From Somniosus microcephalus (taxonomy: Eukaryota), in assembly GCA_052327205.1 (NCBI GenBank), contig CM126219.1, positions 22,940,001 through 23,004,000 on the forward strand: DNA of 64,000 bases, in the 5' to 3' direction. The notes below the pieces were generated by a model that saw only the letters and a program-made list of their open reading frames with translations, did not search any database and was not told where the DNA came from. This document shows positions 13,270-25,885 of the stretch, in pieces (the stretch's first letter is position 1; every line of letters begins with the position of its first letter). Both the position numbers and the translations under genes were made by a program.

Positions 13270-14078
13270 ATGTGTTCATGGGATGTGGGCGTCACTGGCA
13301 AGGCCAATATTTATTGCCCATCCCTAATTGCCCTCAAGGAGGTGGTGGTGAGCCGCCCTTCTTGAACCGCTGCAGTCTGTCTGGTGAAGGTAGTCCCACA
13401 GTGCTGTTAGGGAAGGAGTTCCAGGATTTTGACCCAGCGACGATGAAGAAATGGCCAATGTATTTCTAAGTCAGGATGGTGTGTAGCTTGGAGAGGAACT
13501 TACATGTGGTGGTGTTCCCAGGCACCTGCTGCCCTTGTCCTTCTAGGTGGTAGAGGTCACAAGCTTGGGGGGTGCTATCTAAGAATGCTTGGCAAGTTGC
13601 TGCAGTGCCTCTTGTAGGTGGTACACACTGCAGCCACGGTGCGCCGGTGGTGGAGGGAGTGAAGGTTTAAGGTGGTGGATGGGGTGCCAATCAGGCAGGC
13701 AGCTTTGTCCTGGATGGTGTTGAGCTTCTTGAGTGTTGTCGGTGCTGCATTCATCCAGGCAAGTGGAGAGTATTTCATCACACTCCTGACTTATGCCTTG
13801 TAGATGGTGGAAAGGCTTTGGGGAGTCAGAAGAGGAGACATCGCAGAATACCCAGCCTCTGACCTGCTCTTGTAGCCACAGTATTTGTGGCTGGTCCAGT
13901 CAAGTTTCTGGTCAATGGTGACCGTGCCCCCCCTCCCCCCCAGTATGTTGATGGTGGGGGATTCAGCAACGGTAATCTTGGCGAATGTCATGGGGAGGTG
14001 GCTAGACTCGCTCTTGAAGATGGTCATTGCCTGACACTTGTGGGGCATGAATGTTACTTGCCACTTATCAGCCCAAGC
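13270..14078 (-). mobile_element. Non-LTR retrotransposon 3' fragment
   Basis: MKYSPLAWMNAAPTTLKKLNTIQDKAACLIG...LHSLHHRRTVAAVC is an RT C-terminus. Shares its tail with 6380-6765. Confidence 0.8.
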
Positions 14079-14469
14079 TATTTAAACAAAAGTAGAGAAA
14101 GAAGAAGCCGCCGGATTTTAACCCTGGCCACCCAACAACAGGATGGGCAAGTGGTTAACATAACAGTACAATACTTCACGCTGTGTCCCCAACATGCCAC
14201 CACCTGCCACCATTTTAACCATGCACTTTTCAGAGGCAGCTGAGGACTCATGAATATAAAAAAAATCATGAAAGTCCCACCCGGTGCTGGACTGGCCAGT
14301 AAAATCAGGCACGATTGGCGTCGCCGAGATGTTGAAGCAGTATGTAAAGGGGCACTCAGCTGCAGCTAATTGAATCACAAGCTCTTTGTGCGATTTGGAT
14401 TGCCGAGAGTTTCCACCTTCCAGATCGCTTCTCAATTTGTTTTTGCCTTCTCACCTTTGGTAAGCTTTA

Positions 14470-15450
14470 TAATGGATGCTATTTATTGCCAGTTTCATTT
14501 GTATGGAGGAACAGTTAAAGAGGAACTGCAGCAGCAGCTTCAGCAAACAGCACCTGCGCCTATTAGAAAGCAGCAGGTGATGGAGATGCTCGTGGCAACC
14601 ATTCTGAGCACAAAGGGTATACGGCCAAGATTCACTTTCTTGGATCTATCTGAACAGCAGTGCATCAGGAGGCGGCACTTCCCCAGGCTGGCTGTTGTAG
14701 ACCTCCTGCCTGCAGGCCAGTGGCTGGGAAAGTCACCACAGCCCTCAACTTCCTTGCAAATGGCTCCTTTCAGTCTGCTACAGGGGGGGACATCTCCACA
14801 ATCTGCAGTATACAGCCGCATTAAGCAAGTCACCAATGCCGTGTTTGCCAGGGCTGAGCAGTACATCACCTTCGCCATTGGCCACAACACACTACACGAG
14901 CGCGCTCGGGAATTTGCAGCACTGGCTGGCTTCCCTCGCTGACAGGCCATCGCTGACTGCACACATGTTGCCTGCAGGGCATCAGATCACCAGCCAGCAG
15001 CATGTGTCAACAGAAAAGGCCACCACTCCATTAATGTAAAGCTAGTGTCCGGTCGTAGAAACAAGAACATGCAAGTTTGTGCAAAATACCCAGGCAGCTA
15101 TCATGATGCAGTTATCGTGCGACAGTCCATGATCTCCTCAATATTCCACCTGCCCAGGAATGTGGCAGGATGGCTGCTGGGGAAAGGGGAGAAATACCCC
15201 CTACACATTCGGCACATGACATCCTTCTGCAACCCCACCACACCGGAGCATCACAGGTATAAAATCAAAACCAGGGGACCACATGGATCACTACTGAGCA
15301 CATCACAGAGCTGCTGAAGCAGAGGTTTGGCTGTCCCGCCAGGTCTGGAGACTCCTTACACTATGCCTCCCCACATCACATTGGTGTGCTGCACACTACA
15401 CAACTTCTCACTGCAGAGGCCTGCATTTTGAGGAGGCATAGCAGCAGACG
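14470..15450 (+). pseudogene. Harbinger (HARBI1-like) DDE transposase remnant
   Basis: Across frameshifts: IKQVTNAVFARAEQYITF, FAALAGFP, IxDCTHVA, NRKGHHSINV, VCAKYPGSYHDAVI, GWLLG, LLKQRF. Confidence 0.85.
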
Positions 15451-16069
15451 TCCTCATCAGACGAGGGAGGCCAGGGGTAAGGCAAGGAAGCAGCAGCAGC
15501 AGGAGGGCCACCTCAACGCCTTGCAGCAAGAGATGTGTGGGACCAGCTCATTCCTCAGCGATTCCGATGACTTGGTCATTCCTCTGCCATGAAAACTTAG
15601 AGCCCTTCTGCTCAACCGGCCTGGTTACATCCTTCACCACTCCCTTCATCTTGCATTAAAACACATTCCAACAACCTCTAGATCAATGACATTCTGACAA
15701 AGCAGACTCAAACGCTACTATTAAACCACAATGCAGATCCAAGTGCCAAATGCGATAAAGGCGAATAATTTAATAGTAAAAATTAATTGCCTTCAATTAA
15801 TCTCTCACCCAAGTGATCAATCCGTAGTGCTTTTATCAAAACAAGTTTAAAAAGACACTACTACACTTACGAGGTGCTCCCCTAAAAGGTCTCAACAAAG
15901 CTGGTGGAAGGCGGTTCATGTTGAAGCCTAGACATGTGCGTGGCCAGTCACTTCTGTGCTCAAGCCTACGAGGGCCTGGCTGCAGACTGCTGTACCTCAG
16001 TTCTGCCGGGAAATACTGACCCAGCTGACTGGCGCGTATTGCTCGAGGGCGCGACAAAGAACAGGCAAG

Positions 16070-16760
16070 CCACCACAGCCTTGCCTTCCCCAATGCTCAT
16101 GGCTCTGGATCGCCTGGTGCTCATTCTCATTCTGGTCTACCACCTCATATGTGCTGTCTTGGCCTGCAGAAAGAGGGTGCAAGTGACTGCTGAAAAGGTA
16201 AGTGGAGATATTAGGGCTTCTGCATTTGGTAGATATGGTGGAGAGGTGGAGAAATGAGATGGAATGGAGATGACTATAAAGCCAAATGTGTAATGTGACG
16301 TGAGGTAGGACTGCTGAGAGGAGTTCACAGTTGTGCAAATGCTAGGATGTAAGAAGAGAACGGTGTTAATGTATGGTATAAAGAGAGCAAAGGTGTGTAT
16401 GTTTACAATGAGAGTGGTGTTGTAGTGTGCCCTTGCGATTGTATGTTCAAGGAGGGAATTGTTAAGCGTGGAAGAGGAGAGAGGTGAAGGAATGCGGTCA
16501 GGTGCTGTTTAGACAGCTGAAGAGCTTTACTCACCTTTGCTGGTCTTGAGATCATTGAACCCATGTCCTAGGGTTGATGTTGGTGGCACCGACACCCCCT
16601 CGGCCACCTCCGTCCAGGCCTGCTTCATAGTGCCCTTGGGGATGCCCCTGCAGCTCCTAGGCAATGGTACCTCCCTTGTTGCCCCAACTTCTTCCACCGG
16701 TACCTCCAGGGAGGCATCAGGAAACTGAAGAACAGCTCGCAGACTCATCTGTACTACCAC
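16070..16760 (-). pseudogene. Harbinger Myb/SANT-like DNA-binding protein remnant, two exons
   Basis: FPDASLEVPVEEV...KQAWTEVAEGVS...FNDL is followed by the donor AAG|GTGAGT (intron starts at 16534). The acceptor CTCTTTCTGCAG| ends at 16164 and is followed by AKTAH.R. Confidence 0.7.
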
Positions 16761-17539
16761 AATTAGTTTCCAGCATTGTTCAGCTCAAAATGAACACAGG
16801 GAATGCAACCGGCTTTAAATAGGCCTCAGGAGGCCCACCAGAAATTCATCACATCATGAACAGGCTGCCCGATTCCAGACATGACTGGTCAGCTCGTTAA
16901 TCATATTGAAATGAGACCCAGGAGTTAAAATTGCCTGGACCTCACACTGACACACCTGATTCGCGTCCAGAGTTAAAATCGAGGCCACAGTGTCTGTACT
17001 TGTGCTGTTACACTACAAGCATTAAAAGATCATTCCCATCCCACCCCAGCACTTTTATTATGGTGATGTACTCTTCTTGTTCAAAGCTTTGTCACCAGTT
17101 CAAAAGCACTATGCCATGCTTCTGCGATAACCCCAAATGAAAGATAGAAAGTAAGTACTGTATTCGGGGATTTTCCTTTCCTAGATACATAGTTGTGACA
17201 AGGCTATGTGATCTTCTGCTAAAGCAGAGCATCAGAGTGCTGAATTATAGGCTTACTAAACAGGTCTTTCAGAAGTACCATCAGGTGCTGGACTGTTTCA
17301 ACATTGGTGGAGGCTTAACAAGACATTCCAATTTTCACAGCAATCGAGTGGAGGGTTTGTCTCTTCATTATTCTTTGTAATTGCTTCCGGGATTTGCGTC
17401 ATAGCGGTGAGCTCCATGAAACCCCAAGACTTTGGCTGCAATTCTGTGACTGAGCTTGAAAGAAAAATGTCAAGCCATTTATCTGGATAAGAGTAGATGT
17501 GCAATCCTTTTAAAAAGAGAGTAGCTACTATGACACCCA

Positions 17540-17905
17540 AGATTCTCATCCTTGTTTTCAAATCCCTCCATAGCCTCGCCCCTCCCTATCTCAGTAATGT
17601 CCTCCAGCCCCACAACCCTCCGAGGTATCTGCACTCCCTAACTCTGGTCTCTTGAACATCCCGGATTTTCATCATTCCACTATTGGTGGCTGAGACTTCA
17701 GCTGCCAAGGCCCCGAGCTCTGGAATTCCCACCCTAAAGCGCAGTCTTTCTACCTCACTTTCCTCCTTTAAGACGCTCCTTAAAACCTACCTCTTTGACC
17801 AAGCTTTTGGTCATCTTTCCTAATATCTCCTGCTGTGGGTCGGTTGTTTGACAACGCCCGTGGACATTTTACTACGTTAAAGGCGCTATATAAATACAAG
17901 TTGTC
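17540..17905 (+). mobile_element. L2 LINE 3' end
   Basis: ILILVFKSLH.LAPPYL...LWNS...FKTLLKTYLF. The tail AAAGGCGCTATATAAAT is shared with the Deu-SINE copies. Confidence 0.85.
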
Positions 17906-18504
17906 ATCGTATTTTGCAACAAAAAAAATACATTAGCTAAAAGACCAAATAGATTGCCTGCAGAGAGCTCTACATAGAGTAAGTTGCCTTGGCAAGCATA
18001 AAAGATATCCATGGTGTGGTGTGAATTCTTTGAATGACCAGAATAGTCACAAGCAAACACAGACCGGCACCTTGTGAAGCCCTCTGCAACCAACACACCT
18101 GCTCTCTTAGCCGATAGCTTTTCTTTGCAAAGTAATCTGATTTTCTGAGCGTTAATCAGACAAAATTTATCGTCACAAATCAGTATCCAGGTTCTTTACC
18201 AAACATGTGTCTTAAAATGGTTGGTTGCACGCCCATTCTTGTCCAGATAAATGGTTTACAAAAAAGGCACACAGAAGCAGCAGCCAAGGAACAGCCAGGC
18301 ATAACCTGGGGTTACTGGTCCTTCCAACCTCCTCTCTCCTTGTAGAAAAGGACCCGATCACTGCCCTAAACAGCAGCACATCCGAGATCAGAAAATTCAC
18401 AGGGGCAAATACATGTCTTAGCATTCTGTGCCATGAGCTAATCATAAGTTTAACATCCTGCACCACTGTTCTTTCAACTTGGAACCTTTCCCTTTGAATT
18501 GAAC

Positions 18505-19042
18505 ACAAGAACATAAGAAACAGGAGCAGGAGTCGGCCAATCGGCCCTGGAGCCTGCTCCGCCATTCAATAAGATCATGGCTGATCCAATCTTGGCCTCA
18601 ACACCACTTTCCCGCTCTCTCCCCATACCCCTTAACTCCCCTGTTTTTCAAATGTCTTTCAATCGCAGCCTTGAATATATTCAATGACTCCATCTCCACA
18701 GCTCTCTGGGGTAGAGAATTCCAAAGATTCACGACCCTCAAAGAAATTATTCCTCCTCATCTCCGTCTTAAATGGCGACCCCTTATTCTGAAACTGTGCC
18801 CCCTAGTTCTAGATACCCCCACTAGGGGAAACATCCTCTCAGCATCCACCCTGTCAATCCCCCTCAGAATCTTATGTTTCAATAAGATCACCTCTCATTC
18901 TTCTAAACTCCAATGAGTATAGGTCCAACCTGCTCAACCTTTGGTCATACGTCAACCCCTTCATCCCAGGAATCAACCTAGAGAACCTTCTCTGCACGAC
19001 CTCCAATGCAAGTATATCCTCCCTTAAATATGGAGACCAAAA
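18505..19042 (-). mobile_element. CR1 LINE 3' fragment (second subfamily)
   Basis: AAGAACATAAGAA tail plus CR1 RT C-terminal homology. Confidence 0.88.
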
Positions 19043-19050
19043 TTAGTGAC

Positions 19051-19240
19051 GGTAAATCTACCGTCCTTACCTGGTCTGCCCTGTATGCGGCTCCAGACCC
19101 ACATCAATGTGGTTGACTCGTAACTGCCCTCTGAAATGGCCGAGCAAGCCACTCAGTTGTATAAGGTGGCTCACCACCACCTTCTCAAGGGCAATATATG
19201 CTGGCCTTGCTAGCGACGCCCACATCTCGTGAATGAATTT
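19051..19240 (+). mobile_element. SINE-like fragment sharing its 3' tail with the LINE at 6380/13270
   Basis: Ends in CACCACCTTCTCAAGGGCAA...GGCCTTGCTAGCGACGCCCACATC like the LINE tail. Its 5' part is unrelated to the LINE. Confidence 0.6.
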
Positions 19241-19806
19241 TTAAAAATGATCAAAGTGATAACTTATAGGCCCCCGTCAACATCTAAAAGAAACTAAATT
19301 GGAAACATATGCTGCAGCTGAAAGGGTTTCTAATTTTACCTAAATTTACATTAGATTTAATGTATAGAAAAGATCAGGGAAAGTGGCTGGGCTGCCCTAA
19401 AATTAAAAAGGTCAGTATCCACATCCAAAATCATAACCCAAAACAGAACATGAATCTTTAATGTGGTGTCACAGAAGCATATAAAACTTTCCAAAAGTAG
19501 AACGAACTTTATAAATAGAAAAAAGGCAAAAATACCAATAAAACAAGCCAGTTTCAATTTTCCATTAGTGCCAATATACGTAGTCTACGAGGCTATAAAA
19601 GAACTCCACCACCATCCTGCCCCCCAAAAAAAACTTAGTGCACAGCAAAAAACTACACATTTTAAACCACTTGAAGGATAGAGAGCAAGTGTATATTGAA
19701 TTAGAAGTTGCATTTCAAACAAATGAAATCTAATGAATACCTTAAACAAGGCAGTAAGTTTTAAAGGCTGTCGTAATGCTTTCCCCAAAGAAACAGAACC
19801 AGACTA

Positions 19807-20225
19807 CAGGAAACTCTTGTTTAAACGGCACCTAAATATCCTGAATTCTCTATTAACCGGCAAAATTTTCACTCCAAAAACAACACCTCAATAACCAGCA
19901 ATGTTGCCGAGTCTGAGTCTCCCGCGGTGGCTGAGTTAGTCAGTGGGGGTAGTTCTTCAAACTGCCACTATTCGGCTTCTTGGTGCTGTCGGACATAATT
20001 AAAGAGTTATGGATTACCTTCAACTGGCAGTACTGTACTTAATCAAGCATCTTCCACCATCCATTTAACAACATTCTGTAGGCGAGTACCCAATTACTGT
20101 ATACTACATTTTTCTTGATTTTTAAAAATTTGTTAAAAATAGCCTCGGTGGATAACCCTCTCCGTCATCCGGAATTTTTAAATCAACCGGCACCATCCCG
20201 GTCCCGGATACCAAAGAGTTTCCTG
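19807..20225 (+). mobile_element. Non-autonomous MITE, internal-deletion derivative of the Tigger element at 23524
   Basis: TA|CAGGAAACTCT...AGAGTTTCCTG|TA. The left ~185 bp match 23524-23708 and the right ~230 bp match ~25950-26191. Confidence 0.93.
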
Positions 20226-21044
20226 TATATAGCAACAAGGACAGACAGAAGCAGAGGTCAGCCATCCCACAAAACATTTCCAAATCAATGATAGGACATA
20301 ACGTTGTGAACTTAAAATGGACTGCAGTGAAGCATGAGTGTTCAGTTGTCTTGGCGTTGGTGGAGAGAGCATCATATATGCCAACTTCAAAAATGTGCAA
20401 AATCTTAGTTTTGAAAGAAAAAAGCTGATACACCCTGAAAAAAAAACCTGACAACTCAAGAGCCCTCAAAATAGGCTTATGACCAGTTCAAAAAAGTTAT
20501 TTTTAGCCTGAACACATGATGTTTTCCACCTTTCGAAGCACAGGAGACCACAGTGGGAAGCCCATCCAGTGCACCATACGATGGTAGAACAGTAATTGGT
20601 AGTTCTGTGGCACCCTATCCCATTCCACATTATGCATAAGATTGCAATTTTAGGTTCATAGAGGACACTGTTCTGTTCTTAAACAGATTTTAGTCGTCAA
20701 TGAGGAGACCGTCAAGAGAACATCCAACTGCAACAAGGACATTTAAAGTTGGTCTTTAGTTGAAGGTTCAAATTCAAAATAACTGGATTCCCAATTCCTT
20801 GCACCATTTCCATTGCTCCAAAAAAAAACACAACTAGGGGTGGGCAATAAATGCCCACACCCAGAGAAAGAATATTAAAAAAAAACCAAAAAACACTATA
20901 GTCAAGGAACTGTAAGCAGAATGCATGCTTCCATCTAACTTTGCTCCAAAGCACAACTTATTTTAGTGCTTCCTCTCCAGGCTGTACAGGATGAAGCTGC
21001 TGCTTAAGTTTTGCAATATTTAGGTTTGTAAAAATAATTGTATT

Positions 21045-21432
21045 GATCATACTTTACTTTTGAAGTGCAGTCACTGCTGTTACGTAGGGAACACAAGAGC
21101 CAGCATCCACACAAGGTCCCATGAACAACAAATGGATGAATGGCCAGATAATCGGCTTTTGGTGGTGTTGCTCAAGAAAGGTTGGCTAGGATACCAGAAC
21201 TTCCTACTCTTCTCCCAGCAGCGCTATGGGATCTTTTATATCCACCTGAAAATGTAGATGGATCTCCAGTTTAACATATCATCCGAAAGAAAGCATCTCC
21301 GCCAACACAGCATTGCCTCAGTACTTCACTGAAGTGTCAGCTGAGATTACGTACTCAAATCCGTAGAGGGGCTCGGGCCCACAACCTTCTACCTCAGGAG
21401 GTGACAGTGCTGCCAACTGAGTCACGCTGATA
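21045..21432 (-). mobile_element. Old SacSINE1-like SINE
   Basis: Diverged reverse-complement match to 58654-59117. Confidence 0.75.
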
Positions 21433-21519
21433 TTGCAGCACCAATTGGGTGAATGAAAAAACTGCTTAAAAAATTACAATGAACGTGCCTTTATTGTAGC
21501 AGTGTCCAAGGTTGCCTCA

Positions 21520-22085
21520 AAGGGAACTATGGTTGCAAAAGATACAGGCACCAAGAAGAAATGGAGATAGCCGAAGACAAGAATGAAAAAAGATTTTCAG
21601 GAGGTTTCGGATAGAGGAGGGCGGGTAGAGATTTCAAGACTGCAGAGCCATGATCGCTGGAGGCACTGCCACCGATCGAGGAGCAGATTTGTGGGGTAAT
21701 TCAGATTCAGAATATCAGCCAGTGCAAGCTGGCATTTGGGGCTTGGAGGAGATAGGGTGGGGCAAGGCCATCCAGTGAATTATAAACCAGGATGAGGAAT
21801 GAATGGGGAGTCAGTGGAAGTTAGTGACACAGGGACAATAGGTGAGCGAGACTTCATACAGGATAGGATATGGTGGTAGAGTTTTAGGTGCATCAGTGTT
21901 TACGTAGAATGGAGTTCAGCAGGCTGGTGAAGAGAACGTTGAAACTGCATCTGGAAATGAATGACAGTCGCAGCAGCACAGGGGGCGAGATGGAAACGTG
22001 GACAGGTGAAACTTCAGAAGTGAAGCAGAGGTTTGTGTGATGTACTGGGTGTGGGGTTTGAAGCTTAGCTCAAGGTCGAACATGA
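21520..22085 (-). mobile_element. Old L2 fragment, interrupted by younger CR1 copies
   Basis: Diverged similarity to the L2 at 27600-29270. It appears to resume at about 22685-22745. Confidence 0.5.
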
Positions 22086-22678
22086 CAAGAACATAAGAAT
22101 TAGGAGCGGGAGTAGGCCTTACGGTCCCTCGAGCCTGCTCCGCTATTCAATAAGATCATGGCTGATCTATGGCCTCAACACCACTTTCCTGCCCTACCCC
22201 CATATCCCTCGATTACCCTGGAGTCCAAAAATCTCTCTCAATCTTGAACATACTCAACGACCTGAGCATCCACAGCCCTTTGGGGAAGAGAATTCCAAAG
22301 ATTCACAACCCTCAGTGAAGAAGTTCCTCCTTGTCTCAGTTTTAAAAGGCCAACCCCTTATCCCGAGACTCTGCCCCCTCGTTCTGGACGCTCTAGCCAT
22401 GGGAAACAATCATAGCATCTATCCTGTCAATCCCCCTCAGAATCTTATGTTTCAATGAGATCTCCTCTCATTCTTCTAAATTCCAAAGAGTATAGGCCTA
22501 ACCTACTCAATCTCTCCTCATAGGACAATCCTCATCCCAGGGATTAGTCTAGTGAACCTTCATTGAACCAAGTATATCCTTCCTTAGATAAGGAGACCAA
22601 AACTGTGCACAGTACTCCAGGTGTGGTCACACCAAAGCCCTCTCCAATTGTAGCAAGACTTTCTTACTCTTGTACTCG
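22086..22678 (-). mobile_element. CR1 LINE 3' fragment
   Basis: AAGAACATAAGAA tail; homologous to 18505-19042. Confidence 0.88.
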
Positions 22679-22748
22679 GTTTCCTGTACAAGAGATTGCA
22701 TTTGCTTATTCAGCCTGAGTGAGCAGTCAGGGAGAGGGATGAAATTGG

Positions 22749-23073
22749 AAACATAGAAGATAGGAGCAGGAGTAGGCCATTCGGCCCCTCGAGCCTGCTC
22801 CGCCATTTAATGAGATCATGGCTGATCGTCCAAATTCAGTACCCTGTCCCTGCTTTCTCCCCATATCCCTTGATCCCTTTAGCCTTAAGAAATATATCTA
22901 ACTCCTTCTTGAATAGATTTAATGAATTGGCCTCAACTGCCTTCTGTGGTAGAGAATTCCACAGGTTCACCACTCTGGGTGAAGAAATTCCTCCTCATTT
23001 CTGTCCTAAATGGCTTACCCCTTATCCTTAGACTGTGACCCCTGGTTCTGGACTCCCCCGCCATCAGGAACAT
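22749..23073 (-). mobile_element. CR1 LINE 3' fragment (same subfamily as 1297 and 5678)
   Basis: Near-identical to 1300-1600 and to the reverse complement of 5350-5675. Confidence 0.9.
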
Positions 23074-23829
23074 CGGAATCAAGGTGCAGCACTGCTGGCA
23101 AGAAGTGAACAGGGTGGATACAGTTTTGCCAATGTTTAGCTACAGGAAACTCAATTCTGGAAAAATAAACACTCTAAACTCTGGACAGTTACCTCGTGTG
23201 CATTCAGCTCGTCTGGCGAATGGGAGGGGGGAAGAAACCACAAATCCACATGACTAGAGTACATCCCAAAGGTGCTTCAAAACTCTGCTTCCAAGCTGTC
23301 CAATGAAAACCTTAGTAACATACAGGTCCAGTAGGGTGACGTTCAGTCCTTGTAGAATAAAGTTGGATACGAAGAGGCAGTGAAATCCTCAGTTCAGATT
23401 AGTAAGCTAGTTTTGCTTAAAAAAAGCTCCTTGCCCCACCTAAACTCATCATTTGCAACTTGTGTGATGAGATGGTCTCCACTAGTTCATGGATATAATT
23501 AGCTAGGACTTCCATTTCAGGTACAGGAAACTCTCATTTAAATGGCACCTAAATATTCGGAATTCTCTTAACCGGCAAAATTCATACTCCGAAAACAACA
23601 CCTCAATAACCGGAAATGTTGCCGAGTCTGAGTCTCCCGCGGTGGCCGAGTTGGTCAGTGGGGGTAGTTCTCCAAACTGCCGCTACTCGGCTTCTTGGCG
23701 CGGTCGGAAGTCTGAACACCTCAATAACAGGAGTCTGACTCTCCCGCGCTGCCTGTAGTCTCTTCCGATCCGCCATTTTTGTGTGTCTCTCTCCATCTTT
23801 ATTGTGAATTATCTCCCCCATCTTGCATT

Positions 23830-25885
23830 ATGGAATTCCCCAAAGTTGGTCCAAGCAAAAGGAAGTGGTGTTAATCTTAAAACAGAAAATCGAGATATGC
23901 CAACGACTAGAAAAGGGGAGAGAAGCGCAACAACATTATGAATGAATTCAAAATTGGTTTGTCAACAATCTACGACATCAAATCGCAGAAGCACGGTGGC
24001 ATAGTGGTTAGCACTGTTGCCTCAGTGACAGGGACCCGGGTTCGAATCCTGCCTCGGGTGACTGTGTGGAGTTTGCACATTCTCCCGGTGTTTGCGTGGG
24101 TTTTCTCCAGGTGCTCCGGTTTCCTCCCACAGTCCAAAGATGTGCGGGTTAGGTTGATTGGCTATGATAAATTGACCCTTAGTGTTAGGGGGATTAAATA
24201 CTTGGGGATAGAGTGGGATATGTGTTGGTGTAGGGGTTACGGGGATCGGGTGGGATATGTGTCGGTGCAGGCTCGATGGGCCGAAATGGCCTCTATCTGC
24301 ACTGTGGGGTTTCTGTGATTCTGTGAAGGTTAGCTGCTCAAGTTTTATTCAAGCTCGGAGACATCTAAGAGTGTAGAGAAACGGCGTACGCTTCATAAGC
24401 CCAAGCTTGAAGAGCTGGATACCGTGCTCTATGAGTGGTTTTCTCTTAAGCGTTCAGGAGGGTGTTCCACTTTCCGGACCCATGCTAATCGAAAAAGCGA
24501 AGGATTTCTACGTAAAGATGGAGCTCACTGACAAGTGTGCTTTCTCCGAGGGATGGCTAACGTGCTTCAAGTTATGGCACGGGATACAACGACTCGATAT
24601 TTCCGGGGAGAAGAAATCAGCTGATCACGATGCCGCAGAAGAATACTGCGATTATTTCAATCGGATTGTGCAGCAACATGATTTGTCGCCAGCACAGATA
24701 TACAATGCCGATGAAACTGGCTTATTGGAGGTTTTTGCCAGAATCAACGCTTGCTGGGGCTAGTGCTTCAGGTTACAAGAAAAAAAGGTTACAAGAAAAA
24801 TAAAGATCGTCTAACCGTGCTAACGCTGCTGGATCACACTGGGTTAAACTTCTTGTTATTGGGAAGTATAAAAATCCCCGTGCATTTAAAAATGTGAGGC
24901 GCTTACCTGTTGAGTACAAAGCTCAAAGAAATGCTTGGATGGATAAGGAAATCTTTTCGTATTGGTTCCATCATATTTTTGTTCCATCTGTGAGGGAACA
25001 TTTCCGTAAAATAGGGAAACTTGAAGATAGCAAATGCATTTTATTGCTTGATAATTGTAGAGCCCATCCGCATGAATCCAAGTTGGTTTCGGGAAATATT
25101 TTCACCATTTATTTGCCACCAAATGTAACTTCTCTCATACAACCCATGGACCAGGGCATTATCCAAAGTCTCAAGTGTCATTACAAGAAAGACTTCCTAC
25201 GTAACCTGATAAAGCAAGATGACAATATTTACACATTTCAGAAGGAATACAATCTTAAAGATGCCATCTTTAATGTTGCATGTTCCTGGAACTTGGTGAA
25301 AGGTCACACGTTGAGACAAGCCTGGCGCAAATTGTGGCCTCCCGTAATGTTTGCTGAAGGTTCTTCAGAGGAGGAGGAATTTCATGGGTTCAATGTTCGT
25401 CCCAAGAGGAGTACAATAATGGAAATGGCTGGCATGGTGAAAAATGTAGGCCCAGCAAAACCTGTACGCAACCTCAGTGAAAGTGATACTGAGCAGTGGG
25501 TTGATGCAGATAGAGAAGTTGCTGTTGTGCCTATGCTAAGTGATGATGGAAATAATTTAGACTGTTTTGAATCCAAAGAAAGAAAAGTGAGATGGATAGT
25601 GAAGAGGATGAGATTTCTGAAGAGAAGGTGATTTCTTGGGCTAAAGCTGCCAAAGGATTTGCTTTATTCCTCCAATTTGCTGAAAGGCAGCCTTGCTACT
25701 CTGCCCAAGAAGTTATGCAACTCCATATTCTGCATTCCACTTTTCTACAAAAAAGGCAAGAGTCCACTAAGCAAGCAGACATCCGGGACATGTTTAGGAA
25801 AGCTTCCAAAAGAGTTGAAGCAGTGGAAGTGCCTGAAGAATCTGTTGAAGTGCATGATCCTGATGAACCAGCTGACTTGGAATAA
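23830..25885 (+). pseudogene. Pogo/Tigger transposase (HTH-psq, CENP-B HTH, DDE_1), frameshifted and split by a SINE
   Basis: [82 protein letters not shown]. The D-D-D catalytic triad is intact. Confidence 0.9.
23991..24325 (+). mobile_element. HE1-like tRNA-derived V-SINE inserted in the Tigger transposase
   Basis: A box TGGCATAGTGG, B box GGTTCGAATCC, V-domain GTGTGGAGTTTGCACATTCTCCC...GGTTTCCTCCCACAGTCCAAAGA, and a CR1-like tail. Confidence 0.9.

Larger units (their letters stand above)
14107..16986. mobile_element. Degenerate PIF/Harbinger DNA transposon with two convergent genes
   Basis: Imperfect TIRs: GATTTTAACCCTGG at about 14114-14127 and CCAGAGTTAAAATC at 16967-16980. Transposase remnant on +, Myb/SANT remnant on -. 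Confidence 0.8.

Noticed and set aside
14470-15450. Host HARBI1 gene
   Set aside because: It has multiple stops and frameshifts and lies within TIRs beside a Myb partner.
23991-24055. tRNA gene (A and B boxes); similar heads at 58654 and 49972
   Set aside because: These are SINE heads continuing into V or Deu domains, with no complete cloverleaf.
23830-25885. Host JRK/TIGD gene
   Set aside because: It is frameshifted, interrupted by a SINE, bounded by TIRs and TA TSDs, and has a MITE derivative, so it is a transposon copy.
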